Positions 63,546 through 64,000 of a stretch of 64,000 nt of DNA are shown here, piece by piece. Origin of the DNA: Ascidiella aspersa (lineage: Eukaryota). How positions within the stretch are numbered: the first letter of the stretch is position 1; each line of letters opens with the position of its first letter. Under the pieces are notes generated by a model that made no database searches, was not told where the DNA came from, and worked only from the letters and a program-made list of their open reading frames with translations. Position numbers and translations under genes: made by a program. The stretch spans positions 4,278,001-4,342,000 of the forward strand of contig OZ004613.1 of the NCBI GenBank assembly GCA_963924565.1, given 5' to 3'.

Positions 63546-64000
63546 TAATTTAATAACCTAAAGAACACCACACAGTTCGTCTTTTTTGTTACTGTTTTAG
63601 GTTGGAGAGGTGTTACTTTTAACAAATGATAACACGAAGTTACATTTTAACATTCCGCGGAAAGCGAAGCAAAGTACCTTCAATCGTTTTAGTTGACAAT
63701 TGTTGTTTGTTTTCGAGGGTGCACGATGAGAAGCCTTTTGGCTAAAGGCATTTTACAAAAAAAGGTTAGACACAATATAAACTTGGTATAGATTCGCCCG
63801 AAATGCCAGCAAGTTTTGCATTTGCGTGGTTAAAACAGGCAGGTTGGGTTGGGCATGGCCCCCACCTGAATCCCCCTTCTAACGACGTGCATCCATATAA
63901 CGTAAGCTCAGCGTTGTAACAGTGAAATATGTTGGCAGGAGCAAATAAACACAAACAGAAATGACAGTGGATGGAAGACAAGCAGTTACGTTAAACAACA

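Overview
AT-rich, intron-containing animal genomic DNA, most likely an ascidian tunicate. That assignment is inferred from an LRR-less LDLa-repeat GPCR, a very long Rx protein and the repeat landscape. No prokaryotic features are present. Genes I can support: (1) an intronless LDLa-repeat/7TM GPCR (309-3836, -); (2) a six-coding-exon Rx/Rax homeobox gene (27590-36617, +, ~868 aa); (3) intronless RBM48 (37779-38816, +); (4) a ten-exon CCDC83 (39473-48198, +, ~443 aa); (5) a probable two-exon orphan secreted 6-Cys protein (49217-50274, -). Non-coding space is dense in non-autonomous hAT-type MITEs with readable 8-bp target-site duplications (TSDs), local tandem duplications and two hairpins. Most interesting: tandem-duplicated copies of the Rx homeobox splice acceptor, one forming a possible alternative terminal exon with a W48C helix 3, a stop and an AATAAA; a decayed CNBD2-like pseudogene at ~13.4-14.5 kb; a hAT element whose TSD is a splice donor; ERR/NR5A-type and Onecut-type motif clusters; and strong TGACGTCA enrichment, including just downstream of several donors. 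Gene models are hand-built from splice signals and phase. Homology calls come from memory of protein families, not from a database search.
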